Below, one piece after another: positions 44,758-53,105 of a stretch of DNA of 64,000 nucleotides. Positions within the stretch are counted from its first letter, which is position 1, and every line of letters starts with the position of its first letter. The position numbers and the translations under genes were made by a program. The stretch is taken from NCBI GenBank assembly GCA_035650895.1, contig DASRGT010000017.1, forward strand, positions 25,130 to 89,129, given 5' to 3'. This DNA is from Vicinamibacterales bacterium (GTDB lineage Bacteria > Acidobacteriota > Vicinamibacteria > Vicinamibacterales > CAVVIG01). The notes beneath the pieces are model-generated. The model did not search any database and was not told where the DNA came from. It saw only the letters and a program-made list of their open reading frames with translations.

Positions 44758-45534
44758 ATGCTGTGGCAGAAATCGTGGGTCGAAACGCGGTGGCGGTTCC
44801 TCATTGGCTTCGCCATCCTGCTCGTGCTCGCGTGCGGCATCGTCATGCAGTACCCGGCGATGCGGCGGTTGATGCCGCTCGCCGCGTCCGTCGGCGCCGG
44901 TACGGCGGATGGGCGCCTCGCGCGCGCCATCGAGCACGCGATCGAGGTGCAGCGGGACTACCGCGGGTTCGTCTGGTACCAGTGGGTGAGCCAGAACTTC
45001 GCGCACACCTGGGTGCTGTTTGCCGCGCTGCTCGGCAGCGGCGGCCTGCTCGCGCGATCGACGGGCGCCGGCGCCCTCTTCACGCTGTCGCTTCCGGTGC
45101 GCCGCCGCGATCTCGTCGAGGTTCGCGCCCTGACCGGGCTGGCGGAGCTGTTTGCGCTGGCGCTCGTCCCGTCGCTGCTCATCGTCGTGCTGTCGCCCGC
45201 GATCGGCGAGCGCTACAGCCTTGCCGACGCGGCGGTGCATGCCGCCTGCGTCTTTGTCGGCGGCGCGATGTTCTACTGCCTGGCGCTGCTGCTGTCGACG
45301 CTGTTCAGCGACATCTGGCGGCCGGCGCTGATCACCTGCGGCGTCGCCGTGCTGATGGCGGGTGCCGAGGCGATGGCGGCCGGCGGCTCGCGCTTCGGCA
45401 TCTTCGGCGCGATCACCGCCGAGTCCTACTTCCGCACGGGCGCGCTGCCGTGGCCGGGACTGCTCGTCAGCGTGGCGGCGTCGGCCGCGATGCTCTCCGC
45501 GACGCTCGCCAACGTCAACAACATGGAGGTGTGA
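44758..45534 (+). CDS. ABC-2-type membrane permease-like protein
   Basis: ATG 44758 in ORF 44299..45534. About 6 hydrophobic helices. 2 nt after the ATPase stop. Confidence 0.65.
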   Translation: MLWQKSWVETRWRFLIGFAILLVLACGIVMQYPAMRRLMPLAASVGAGTADGRLARAIEHAIEVQRDYRGFVWYQWVSQNFAHTWVLFAALLGSGGLLARSTGAGALFTLSLPVRRRDLVEVRALTGLAELFALALVPSLLIVVLSPAIGERYSLADAAVHAACVFVGGAMFYCLALLLSTLFSDIWRPALITCGVAVLMAGAEAMAAGGSRFGIFGAITAESYFRTGALPWPGLLVSVAASAAMLSATLANVNNMEV

Positions 45535-45535
45535 C

Positions 45536-46201
45536 ATGACATCCGTTCTCCTCGCCCTCGCCGTCGCCGCCTCGGTCAACCCGGCGGGACACTGGGAAGG
45601 GTCGGTCGAAACGCCGCAAGGGAACATCGCGTTCCAGATCGATCTCGCCGGATCGACCGGCGCGATGGTCGGTGCCATCACCATCCCCTCGCAGCGTCTC
45701 CGGGCGCTTCCGCTGACGACGATCACGGTCGACGGCGCGACGCTGATCTTCGGCGCGCGCACCGATCAGCTCCTCGAGGCGCGCGTGGCCGACGACGGGC
45801 AGTCGATGACGGGCACGTTCCGCCTGGCGACGTATGCGTTTCCGTTCGCGTTGTCGCGCACGGGCGACGCGCGGTTGACGCCGGCGCCGGCCAGCCCCCG
45901 CGTCGGCGCCGAGCTCGAAGGCACGTGGCGCGGCACGCTCGCCGACACGGGCGGCGATCTGCACGTCGTGCTGACCGTGCACAACGATGCCGACGGCTTC
46001 GCGCGCGCCGAAATCGTCAACCTCGACGAAGGCGGGCTGCGGATCCCGCTCGCGATCGCGCAGACCGCCGCGGCGGTCACCTTCGAGTCGCCCGCCGTGG
46101 AGGGTTCGTTCGCCGGATCGCTGACCGCATCGGGGGAGCTCGCCGGCACGTTCCGCCAGAACGGCGCCGAGCTGCCGCTCACCTTCCGACGGACCGAGTA
46201 G
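45536..46201 (+). CDS. Hypothetical exported protein with an internally duplicated GxWxG beta-rich domain
   Basis: ATG 45536 in ORF 45362..46201. GHWEGSVETPQGNIAFQIDL... and GTWRGTLADTGGDLHVVLTV... halves. Confidence 0.55.
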   Translation: MTSVLLALAVAASVNPAGHWEGSVETPQGNIAFQIDLAGSTGAMVGAITIPSQRLRALPLTTITVDGATLIFGARTDQLLEARVADDGQSMTGTFRLATYAFPFALSRTGDARLTPAPASPRVGAELEGTWRGTLADTGGDLHVVLTVHNDADGFARAEIVNLDEGGLRIPLAIAQTAAAVTFESPAVEGSFAGSLTASGELAGTFRQNGAELPLTFRRTE

Positions 46202-46211
46202 CATTGAACGG

Positions 46212-47288
46212 ATGCGGGTCGTTGCCGCCGTCGCCGGCGTCACGCTCGTCGCGCTCGTCCTCATCGACGCGTTCGAGACCGTCGTGCTGCCGCGCTCCGT
46301 GTCGTGGCGGTTTCGTCTCACGCGCGTGTACTTCCAGGCGACGTGGCGGGCGTGGACGGCCTTCGCGCGCCGCGTCGATCGGGTCGCGCGGCGGGAACGG
46401 TTCCTCGCGGTGTTCGGACCGTTTTCGCTGCTCGGCCTGCTGGCCGTGTGGGCGGCCGCGCTGATCCTCAGTTTCAGCGCCTTGCAGTGGAGCGCCGACG
46501 CGCTCTCGGCGGGCGACGCGCTCTTCATCAGCGGCACGCTGTTCTTCACCCTCGGCTTCGACACGCTGCACCCGGTCAGCGGTCTCGCGCGGGTGCTCGC
46601 CGTGGTCGAAGGCGGCATGGGATTCGGGTTCCTCGCGCTGGTGCTGGCGTACTTTCCGGTGCTGTATCAGTCGTTCTCGCGCCGCGAAGTGCGGCTGACG
46701 CTCCTCGACGCGTGGGCGGGCTCGCCGCCCGCCGCCGGCGAAGTGCTGCGACGACTCGCGCGCGCCGGCGAGCTGCCCGCGCTCGAGCACTTCCTGCGCG
46801 ACTGGGAGGTGTGGTGCTCGGAGCTGCTCGAGAGCGGGATCTCGTACCCGGTGGTCGCCTACTTCCGGTCGCAGCATCAACGCCAGTCGTGGGTCTCGGC
46901 CCTGACGACCGTCCTCGACCTGACGGCGCTGCTGCGTGTCGGCATCGACGGCCTGCCGTCGTGGCAGGCGCGGGCGACATTCGCGATCGCCCGGCATGCG
47001 GCGGTCGATCTCTCGCAGGTGTTCCGCGCCGATCCCGATTTTTCGTGCGATCGGCTCGACGACGAGGCGCTCGAGCGCCTGCGCCGGCATCTGGAAGCGG
47101 CGGGCCTGCGGCCGAGACGCTCGCCCGAGGCCGACGCGCAGCTGCGCGAGCTGCGTCGCTCGTACGAACCGTTCGTGTCGGGCCTGTCGCGATCGATGAT
47201 GATGCCGCTGCCCGCCTGGTGGCGCGACGAGCCGGCGAAGGACAACTGGGAGACGAGCCCGAAGCGTCCGGCCGACGGGCATCTCTGA
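46212..47288 (+). CDS. Ion-channel-like membrane protein (Ion_trans_2-type pore with a degenerate filter) plus a cytoplasmic helical domain
   Basis: ORF 46212..47288. Pore region DALFISGTLFFTLGFDTLHP between hydrophobic helices. No GYG. Confidence 0.5.
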   Translation: MRVVAAVAGVTLVALVLIDAFETVVLPRSVSWRFRLTRVYFQATWRAWTAFARRVDRVARRERFLAVFGPFSLLGLLAVWAAALILSFSALQWSADALSAGDALFISGTLFFTLGFDTLHPVSGLARVLAVVEGGMGFGFLALVLAYFPVLYQSFSRREVRLTLLDAWAGSPPAAGEVLRRLARAGELPALEHFLRDWEVWCSELLESGISYPVVAYFRSQHQRQSWVSALTTVLDLTALLRVGIDGLPSWQARATFAIARHAAVDLSQVFRADPDFSCDRLDDEALERLRRHLEAAGLRPRRSPEADAQLRELRRSYEPFVSGLSRSMMMPLPAWWRDEPAKDNWETSPKRPADGHL

Positions 47289-47320
47289 GCGCGCGACGGC
47301 TCGCAGTCGACCGGGCGGCG

Positions 47321-48022
47321 TCACCCGCCGACGGGGCCGAGGACGGCGTTCAGCGCGTTCGCGAACGCCTCGCGCATGAAGAGTGCCGCGTGGCCGCCGC
47401 CTTCGACGATCGCCAGGCGCTTCCTCGGGGCGACAATGTCGCGTTCGAAGTCGGCGACGACGCTCGTCGGCGTGTAGCGATCGAGATCGCCCTGGATGAA
47501 CAACATGGGCAGCGAGTATTCGAGGCCGAGCGCCCGAGCGTCGAAGGCCGCGATCTCGTCGCGCAGCTGCAGGTACATCGTCGTCGCCTGCGCGCGCTGA
47601 TCGGTGCCGGTGCGCGGGATCGCGGCGAACGCGGCCTGTTCCGCCGGCGTCAACACGAGCCCCTCTTGCGAGTCGGTGATGTCGGTGCCGCGCACGATCT
47701 GGCCCGTGCCGACGTACGCGGCGAACAGGTCGGGCCGCGCTTTCGCCATCTTCAGCCCCACGATCGATCCGCCTGACGTGCCGAGGAGGATCGGCGCCGT
47801 GCCGCCGAGTGCGGCGCGCACCGCCTCGGCGACCGCGAGGCCGTCGACCGCGAGCCGATCGAGCGTCACCCCGCCGTCCGTCGGCTGATCCCAATAGACG
47901 AGGCGAAAGGACGATTCCCACGGCGCGAAGAACTCCGCCATCCGCGACAGGTGAAGGCCGGCGCCGCTGACGAGCAGCAGCGCGGGATTCGATTGATCGT
48001 GGCCGCGGATTTTGAACAACAT
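47321..48022 (-). CDS. Alpha/beta hydrolase
   Basis: C-terminal 233 aa of ORF 47321..48598 (MLFKIRGHDQSNPALLLVSGAG). Nucleophile elbow GTSGGS. GDLDRY. GGGHAALF. Confidence 0.7.
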   Translation of the reverse strand: MLFKIRGHDQSNPALLLVSGAGLHLSRMAEFFAPWESSFRLVYWDQPTDGGVTLDRLAVDGLAVAEAVRAALGGTAPILLGTSGGSIVGLKMAKARPDLFAAYVGTGQIVRGTDITDSQEGLVLTPAEQAAFAAIPRTGTDQRAQATTMYLQLRDEIAAFDARALGLEYSLPMLFIQGDLDRYTPTSVVADFERDIVAPRKRLAIVEGGGHAALFMREAFANALNAVLGPVGG

Positions 48023-48028
48023 AGACGT

Positions 48029-48832
48029 GTGTTGACACACTACACCGACGTGCGCGGTTGGATCGACGTTGCCGATCGCGTCGTCGCGCTGACGGGTGCC
48101 GGCATCTCGACCGAATCGGGCATCCCCGATTTCCGCGGGCCGCAAGGGCTGTGGACGACGAACCCGAAGGCCGAGCGGATGTCGAACATCCACTTCTACA
48201 TGTCGGACCCCGAGGTGCGCCGGCTGTCGTGGCAGAGCCGCCTCGATCATCCGGCGTGGTCGGCGCAGCCGAACGCCGGCCATCGCGCGCTCGTCGATCT
48301 CGAACGGCGCGGCACGCTGCATGCGCTCGTCACGCAGAACATCGACGGTCTCCATCAGCTGGCGGGGAGTTCGCCCGCGAAGGTCATCGAAGTCCACGGC
48401 ACGATGCGCGACGCGATGTGCATGTCGTGCGGGTGGCGCGGACCGATGCCGGCGGTCCTCGATCGCGTGCGCGCCGGCGAGGACGATCCGCCGTGCGAGC
48501 GATGCGGCGGGATTCTGAAGAGCGCGACGATTTCGTTCGGTCAACCGCTCGTGCCGGCGGTCATCGATCGGGCGCTCCGCGCCGCGTCCGAGGCGCACGT
48601 CCTCCTCGCGATCGGCACGAGCCTGCAGGTGTATCCGATCGCCGGCGCGGTGCCGGTCGCCCGGTCGTCCGGCGCGCGCGTGGTGATCGTCAACGCGGAG
48701 CCGACGCCGTTCGACGACATCGCGGATGCGGTCATCCGCGATCGCATCGGCGCGGTGTTGCCGCAGCTGGTGCCGCCGGCGCGCGCCGCAGCGTCCTCAG
48801 TCGGACCCTGGCAGCACGACCCGCCGCGTTGA
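48029..48832 (+). CDS. cobB: Sir2-family NAD-dependent protein deacylase
   Basis: In ORF 47951..48832. GTG 48029 (alternatives TTG 48032, GTG 48050). LTGAGISTESGIPDFRG, TQNIDGLH. Zn ribbon CMSCG...CERCGG. Confidence 0.85.
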   Translation: MLTHYTDVRGWIDVADRVVALTGAGISTESGIPDFRGPQGLWTTNPKAERMSNIHFYMSDPEVRRLSWQSRLDHPAWSAQPNAGHRALVDLERRGTLHALVTQNIDGLHQLAGSSPAKVIEVHGTMRDAMCMSCGWRGPMPAVLDRVRAGEDDPPCERCGGILKSATISFGQPLVPAVIDRALRAASEAHVLLAIGTSLQVYPIAGAVPVARSSGARVVIVNAEPTPFDDIADAVIRDRIGAVLPQLVPPARAAASSVGPWQHDPPR

Positions 48833-50146
48833 CGCGAACTCGCGTCGCAGCTGCGCGCGGAAATCGGGGTGGGCGATGCCGATCAGCGCGTCGGCACGTT
48901 CCCGCAGGGTCTTGCCGAACAGATCCACCGCGCCGAACTCGGTGACGACCCAGTGCACGTGGCCGCGCGTCGTCACGACGCCGGCGCCGGCGCGGATGGC
49001 GGAGGTGATGCGCGACACCGTGCCGCCCGCGGCGGTCGAGGGCAGCGCGATGATCGGCAGCCCCCCGGGCGAGAGCGCCGCGCCGCGGATGAAGTCCATC
49101 TGCCCGCCGATGCCCGAGTAGATCCGCGCGCCGATCGAATCCGCGACGACCTGGCCCGAGAGATCGACCTCGAGCGCCGAGTTCACCGCCACGACGAGAT
49201 CGTTCTTGCGGATCACCGCCGTGTCGTTGGTGTGATCGCACGGAAAGAACTCGACGAACGGGTTGTCGTCGACGAAATCGTACAGGCGCTGCGATCCCAT
49301 CACGAAGCTCGTCGCGATCCGCCCGGGATGGACCTTCTTGAACTTGTTCGTGACGATGCCGGCGGCCACGAGATCGAGGATGCCGTCGGAGAACATCTCC
49401 GTGTGGACGCCGAGATCGTGCTTGTCGACGAGCCGGCGCAGCGCCGCCTCGGGAATCGCGCCGATGCCCAGCTGCAGCGTCGCGCGATCCGGGACGAGCC
49501 GCGCGATGTGCTCGCCGATCGCGTCTTCGACCGGCGACGGCGGCGCCGGTGGATGCTCGAACAGCGGCCGCGACGTGTGCACGAGCGCGTGCACCTTCGA
49601 GACCGGCACCAGCGTGTTGCCGTGCGTCCGCGGCATGCGCTCGTTGATTTCGGCGACGACGAACCGCGCGGATCGCGCCGCAGCGAGGGCGGTGTCGACC
49701 GACGTTCCCAGCGTGCAGTAGCCGTGGCGATCGGGCGGCGACAGTTGCAGCAACGCGACGTCGAGCGGCACGCGGCGCGACGAGAACAACCCGGGGATGT
49801 CGGAGAGGAAGATCGGGACGTAGTCGGCGCGCCCTTCGTCGATCGCGCTGCGGACCGGCGGCCCCGCGAACAGCGAGATGGACAGGAACCGGCCGCGATG
49901 CCGCGGTTCGATGCACGGCATGTCGCCGGTCGTGTGCAGGTGATAGAGCTTGACGTCGGCCAGGTCGAGCCGGCGGCTCAGCGCGTCGACGAGCGGCGTG
50001 GGTGTCGCGGCGGCGCCGTGGATGAACACCGACATGCCGCTGCCGACGCACGCGACGGCTTCGTCCGCGCTGACGGCGCGGTCGGCCCAGGGGAGTGCGG
50101 TGGCGGCGCTCTCGGTCACGCTCTCACCGTAGCGCACGGCATCCAT
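48797..50146 (-). CDS. Acetyl-CoA hydrolase/transferase-family enzyme (4-hydroxybutyrate/succinyl-CoA:acetate CoA-transferase-like)
   Basis: ORF 48797..50146. LQLGIGAIP, VHTEMFSDG, SGIGGQMDF. Confidence 0.85.
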   Translation of the reverse strand: MDAVRYGESVTESAATALPWADRAVSADEAVACVGSGMSVFIHGAAATPTPLVDALSRRLDLADVKLYHLHTTGDMPCIEPRHRGRFLSISLFAGPPVRSAIDEGRADYVPIFLSDIPGLFSSRRVPLDVALLQLSPPDRHGYCTLGTSVDTALAAARSARFVVAEINERMPRTHGNTLVPVSKVHALVHTSRPLFEHPPAPPSPVEDAIGEHIARLVPDRATLQLGIGAIPEAALRRLVDKHDLGVHTEMFSDGILDLVAAGIVTNKFKKVHPGRIATSFVMGSQRLYDFVDDNPFVEFFPCDHTNDTAVIRKNDLVVAVNSALEVDLSGQVVADSIGARIYSGIGGQMDFIRGAALSPGGLPIIALPSTAAGGTVSRITSAIRAGAGVVTTRGHVHWVVTEFGAVDLFGKTLRERADALIGIAHPDFRAQLRREFASTRRVVLPGSD

Positions 50147-50152
50147 TCGACG

Positions 50153-51655
50153 TCAATGGGCGCGCTCGCATTCCTCGCACGCGACGTGCACGCCGGCGCA
50201 CGGAGCGCCGTCGCCCTGCAGTTCCGCGCAGCACGCCTCGTGCGCGTGGACCGCCTGGCGCCCCGCCTCGAACGCGTCGAGGTTCGCCGGGATCAGCGCC
50301 GGCCTGGCGTGGAGCGCCTGTCGGATCGCGGTCGCGAACGTGTCGATCGGAAACAGACCGGTCGCCTCCGCGAGCGCGCCGAGCGCAACCATGTTCTTCA
50401 TCATCAGTTTGCCGAGGCCGTTCGCGATCCCTGTCGCCGGCACCGGCACGACGGCGACGCCGGGAAGCTCGGGCGGCGTCGGCACGACGGTGCTGTCGTA
50501 GATCACGATGCCGCGTTCGGCGACCGTCGGGCCGAACCTGGCGAGGCTGGGCGCGTTGAACGCGACCAGGACGTGCGGAGCGGGCGCCGCCGGCGACAGC
50601 ACCTCGTCTTCGGCGATGCGCACGTCGGCGTACGAGGTGCCGCCGCGCGACTCCGGGCCGTAGCTCGGGATGTGCGTCGCGTCGAACCCTTCGTTGATCG
50701 CCGCGCGCGCGATGATCATCGCCGCCGTTTGCGCGCCGTCGCCGCCCGCGCCGGCGAGCTTCAGCGCGATGTCGGATCCCCACCGCTCGCGCGGGAACGC
50801 GGCGCAGAATCGATCGGCGCGCTCCGGGGACGCGCCGAGGACCGCGGCGACCCCGGCGGCATCGAACGCGGGCGCGGCGAACGGCGGCCACGGCTCACGC
50901 GTGGCGGTGACGTCCTTCTTTACGCCGAGCGGGTAGACCGGCACCATGCGGTCCTTCACCCAGCGTTCGGCCTCTTCCGGCGTCAGCCCGAGGTGGAGCG
51001 GGCATTCGGCCAGCACCTCGACGAACGCGAAGCCTTTGTTGTCGATCTGGAGCCGGAGCGCTTTCTCGATCGCTCTGCGGGCCTTCACGCGCTGCTTCGC
51101 GTCGAAGAGCGCGACGCGTTCCACGTAGACCGGCGCGTCGAGCTGCGCGATCAGCTCCGACATGCGCAGCGGCTGGCCCATGATCCGCTCGCGCCCCGCG
51201 GGGCTCGTCGCCGTTTTCTGTCCCATCAGCGTCGTCGGCGCCATCTGACCGCCCGTCATGCCGTAGATGGCGTTGTTCACGAAGACGACGGTGATCGGGA
51301 TGCCGAGCTCGGCGGCGTGCATGATCTCCGCGAGACCGATCGACGCGAGATCGCCGTCCCCCTGGTAGCTGACGACGATCGAATCGGGCCGTGCGAGCTT
51401 CTGGCCGAGCGCGACCGCGGGTGCGCGGCCGTGCGCCGCCTGCACGTTGCCGACGTCCAGGTAGTAGTAGAGGAACACGGCGCAGCCGACCGGCGAGATC
51501 GCCACCGTTCGGTCCTGCACGCCGAGCGATTCGATCGCGTCGGCGACGAACTTGTGCACGAGGCCGTGGCCGCAGCCGGGGCAGTAGTGCGTGCTGTGCG
51601 CCTTCAGTCCCTCGCCGCCCGCGTGGCGTTCGAAATGGTCGTAGAAGGTGCTCAT
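50153..51655 (-). CDS. 2-oxoacid:ferredoxin oxidoreductase, fused beta (TPP) + gamma subunit
   Basis: ATG 51655 in ORF 50153..52336. HYCPGCGHG, GDGDLASIG (beta). KLAGAGGDGAQT...SYGPESRGG (gamma). Cys-rich tail. Confidence 0.85.
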   Translation of the reverse strand: MSTFYDHFERHAGGEGLKAHSTHYCPGCGHGLVHKFVADAIESLGVQDRTVAISPVGCAVFLYYYLDVGNVQAAHGRAPAVALGQKLARPDSIVVSYQGDGDLASIGLAEIMHAAELGIPITVVFVNNAIYGMTGGQMAPTTLMGQKTATSPAGRERIMGQPLRMSELIAQLDAPVYVERVALFDAKQRVKARRAIEKALRLQIDNKGFAFVEVLAECPLHLGLTPEEAERWVKDRMVPVYPLGVKKDVTATREPWPPFAAPAFDAAGVAAVLGASPERADRFCAAFPRERWGSDIALKLAGAGGDGAQTAAMIIARAAINEGFDATHIPSYGPESRGGTSYADVRIAEDEVLSPAAPAPHVLVAFNAPSLARFGPTVAERGIVIYDSTVVPTPPELPGVAVVPVPATGIANGLGKLMMKNMVALGALAEATGLFPIDTFATAIRQALHARPALIPANLDAFEAGRQAVHAHEACCAELQGDGAPCAGVHVACEECERAH

Positions 51656-53001
51656 AGCCGGCTCACCACGCGTTCGACGATGTCGTCCTGCGACGGAATC
51701 ATGCCGCCCAGTCGCGTGACCCGATCGATTTCGATGTGCCGTGTCTCCGCGCGCGACATCGCGAGCCGCAGCTCGTTCTCCAGCTGGCCGCCGCTCGCCT
51801 CGACGACGACGACGCGCGCCGCGCTGTCGAGGATGGGCGCGAGGAGACGGATCGGGAACGGCCACAGCGTCAGCGGCCGGAACAGGCCCGCCCTGATCCC
51901 GCGGCTGCGCAGCGTCCGCACCGCGCCCTTCGCCATCCGCGCCGGCGTGTTGCACGCGACGATGACGAACTCCGCGTCGTCGCATTCGAACAGGTCGGCG
52001 CGCTGCTCCTCGTCGTCGATGCGCTCGTAGGTGCGGAAGAGATGCTGATTCGCGACTTCGAGGTCCGCGTAGTCGAGGAAGATCGACGAGACGAGATTGC
52101 GGCGGTGCGCGGCGTCGCCGGCGACGGCCCACGCCGGCACGCCGGGGACGACGAGCCGCGGCGGCAACGTGACCCTGCCGGTCATCTGGCCGAGATATCC
52201 GTCGGCGAGGACGATCGTCGGGTTGCGGTACTTGAACGCCAGATCGAACGCGAGCATCGTCAGGTCGAGCATCTCCTGCGGCGTCGACGGCGCGAGGACG
52301 ATCGCGCGGGTGTCCCCGTGGCCGAGCCCGTGGCACGCGAGCTTGATGTCGCTCTGCGCCGGCCCGATGTTGCCGAGCCCGGGGCCGCCGCGCATCACGT
52401 CGACCACGACGCCCGGCACCTGCGCGCCGATCATGTAGGAGAGGCCTTCGAGCATCAGGCTGAAGCCGGGCGACGAGGTGAAGGTCATCGACCGCACGCC
52501 GGCGGCGCCGGCGCCGTACATCATGTTGATCGCGGCGACCTCGCTGACCGCCTGCACGAATTCACCCTGCAGGCGCGGCAGCAGCTTCGCCATCAGCTCG
52601 GCGCCTTCGGTCGACGGCGTGATCGGATAGCCGAAGAAATGACGACAGCCGGCCAGCAGCGCGCCAATCGCCGACGCGTACATCCCCTTGACGACCAGCG
52701 GCTCGCTCGACGGCAGGTCGGCGAACGTGTCGGGGATCGGCACCGCGGCGGGTTGCGGTCGAGAGAGGATCGTGGCGCCTTCGGGCCGAAGGCCAAACGG
52801 CTCGGGGCAGGCGTCGAAGCAGAGGCCGCAGCCGGTGCATCGATCCAGGTTGACGAGCGTCACCGGGACGAGCCCGGTCGCCTGATGCACCGTCGCGCCC
52901 GGTTCGATGCAGCGGTGGGCGCATGCGTCGATGCAGCGGCCGCAACCCTTGCAGTATTCCGGAGACAGCGCGGGCTTCGGACGATCGAGCGTTGCAGGCA
53001 T
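51652..53001 (-). CDS. 2-oxoacid:ferredoxin oxidoreductase, fused delta (2x[4Fe-4S] ferredoxin) + alpha subunit
   Basis: ATG 53001 in ORF 51652..53043. CKGCGRCIDAC and CTGCGLCFDACP, then FFGYPITPSTE...TSSPGFSLM. ATGA overlap with the beta-gamma gene. Confidence 0.85.
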   Translation of the reverse strand: MPATLDRPKPALSPEYCKGCGRCIDACAHRCIEPGATVHQATGLVPVTLVNLDRCTGCGLCFDACPEPFGLRPEGATILSRPQPAAVPIPDTFADLPSSEPLVVKGMYASAIGALLAGCRHFFGYPITPSTEGAELMAKLLPRLQGEFVQAVSEVAAINMMYGAGAAGVRSMTFTSSPGFSLMLEGLSYMIGAQVPGVVVDVMRGGPGLGNIGPAQSDIKLACHGLGHGDTRAIVLAPSTPQEMLDLTMLAFDLAFKYRNPTIVLADGYLGQMTGRVTLPPRLVVPGVPAWAVAGDAAHRRNLVSSIFLDYADLEVANQHLFRTYERIDDEEQRADLFECDDAEFVIVACNTPARMAKGAVRTLRSRGIRAGLFRPLTLWPFPIRLLAPILDSAARVVVVEASGGQLENELRLAMSRAETRHIEIDRVTRLGGMIPSQDDIVERVVSRL

Positions 53002-53105
53002 GTGGGCCGTCCCGCCGGGCCGGCTGCAAGCGGACGGCCACACGACATTGCTCCGGATCGTCCGCGTCGGCGGGGCCGGTGCCGGGAATCCGGCAGTAGC
53101 GTAGG

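Noticed and set aside
46212-47288. Calling this protein a potassium channel.
   Set aside because: The pore-like segment reads TLGFDT and lacks the GYG/GFG selectivity signature. Only a generic channel-like call is justified.
48029-48832. The SIR2-domain protein considered as an anti-phage defence component (Thoeris/DSR-like).
   Set aside because: It is short (about 267 aa) and a canonical sirtuin with GAGIS..GIPDFR, a Zn-ribbon Cys pair and no extra sensor or effector domain or partner gene. Its neighbours are metabolic genes. It is most simply a CobB-like deacylase.
48797-48832. The 36-nt convergent overlap of the sirtuin and CoA-transferase 3' ends. Similar overlaps occur at 4263..4303, 27440..27453 and 54209..54233.
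   Set aside because: These probably reflect compact gene packing and poorly constrained C-terminal tails in a high-GC genome. There is no specific evidence for antisense regulation.
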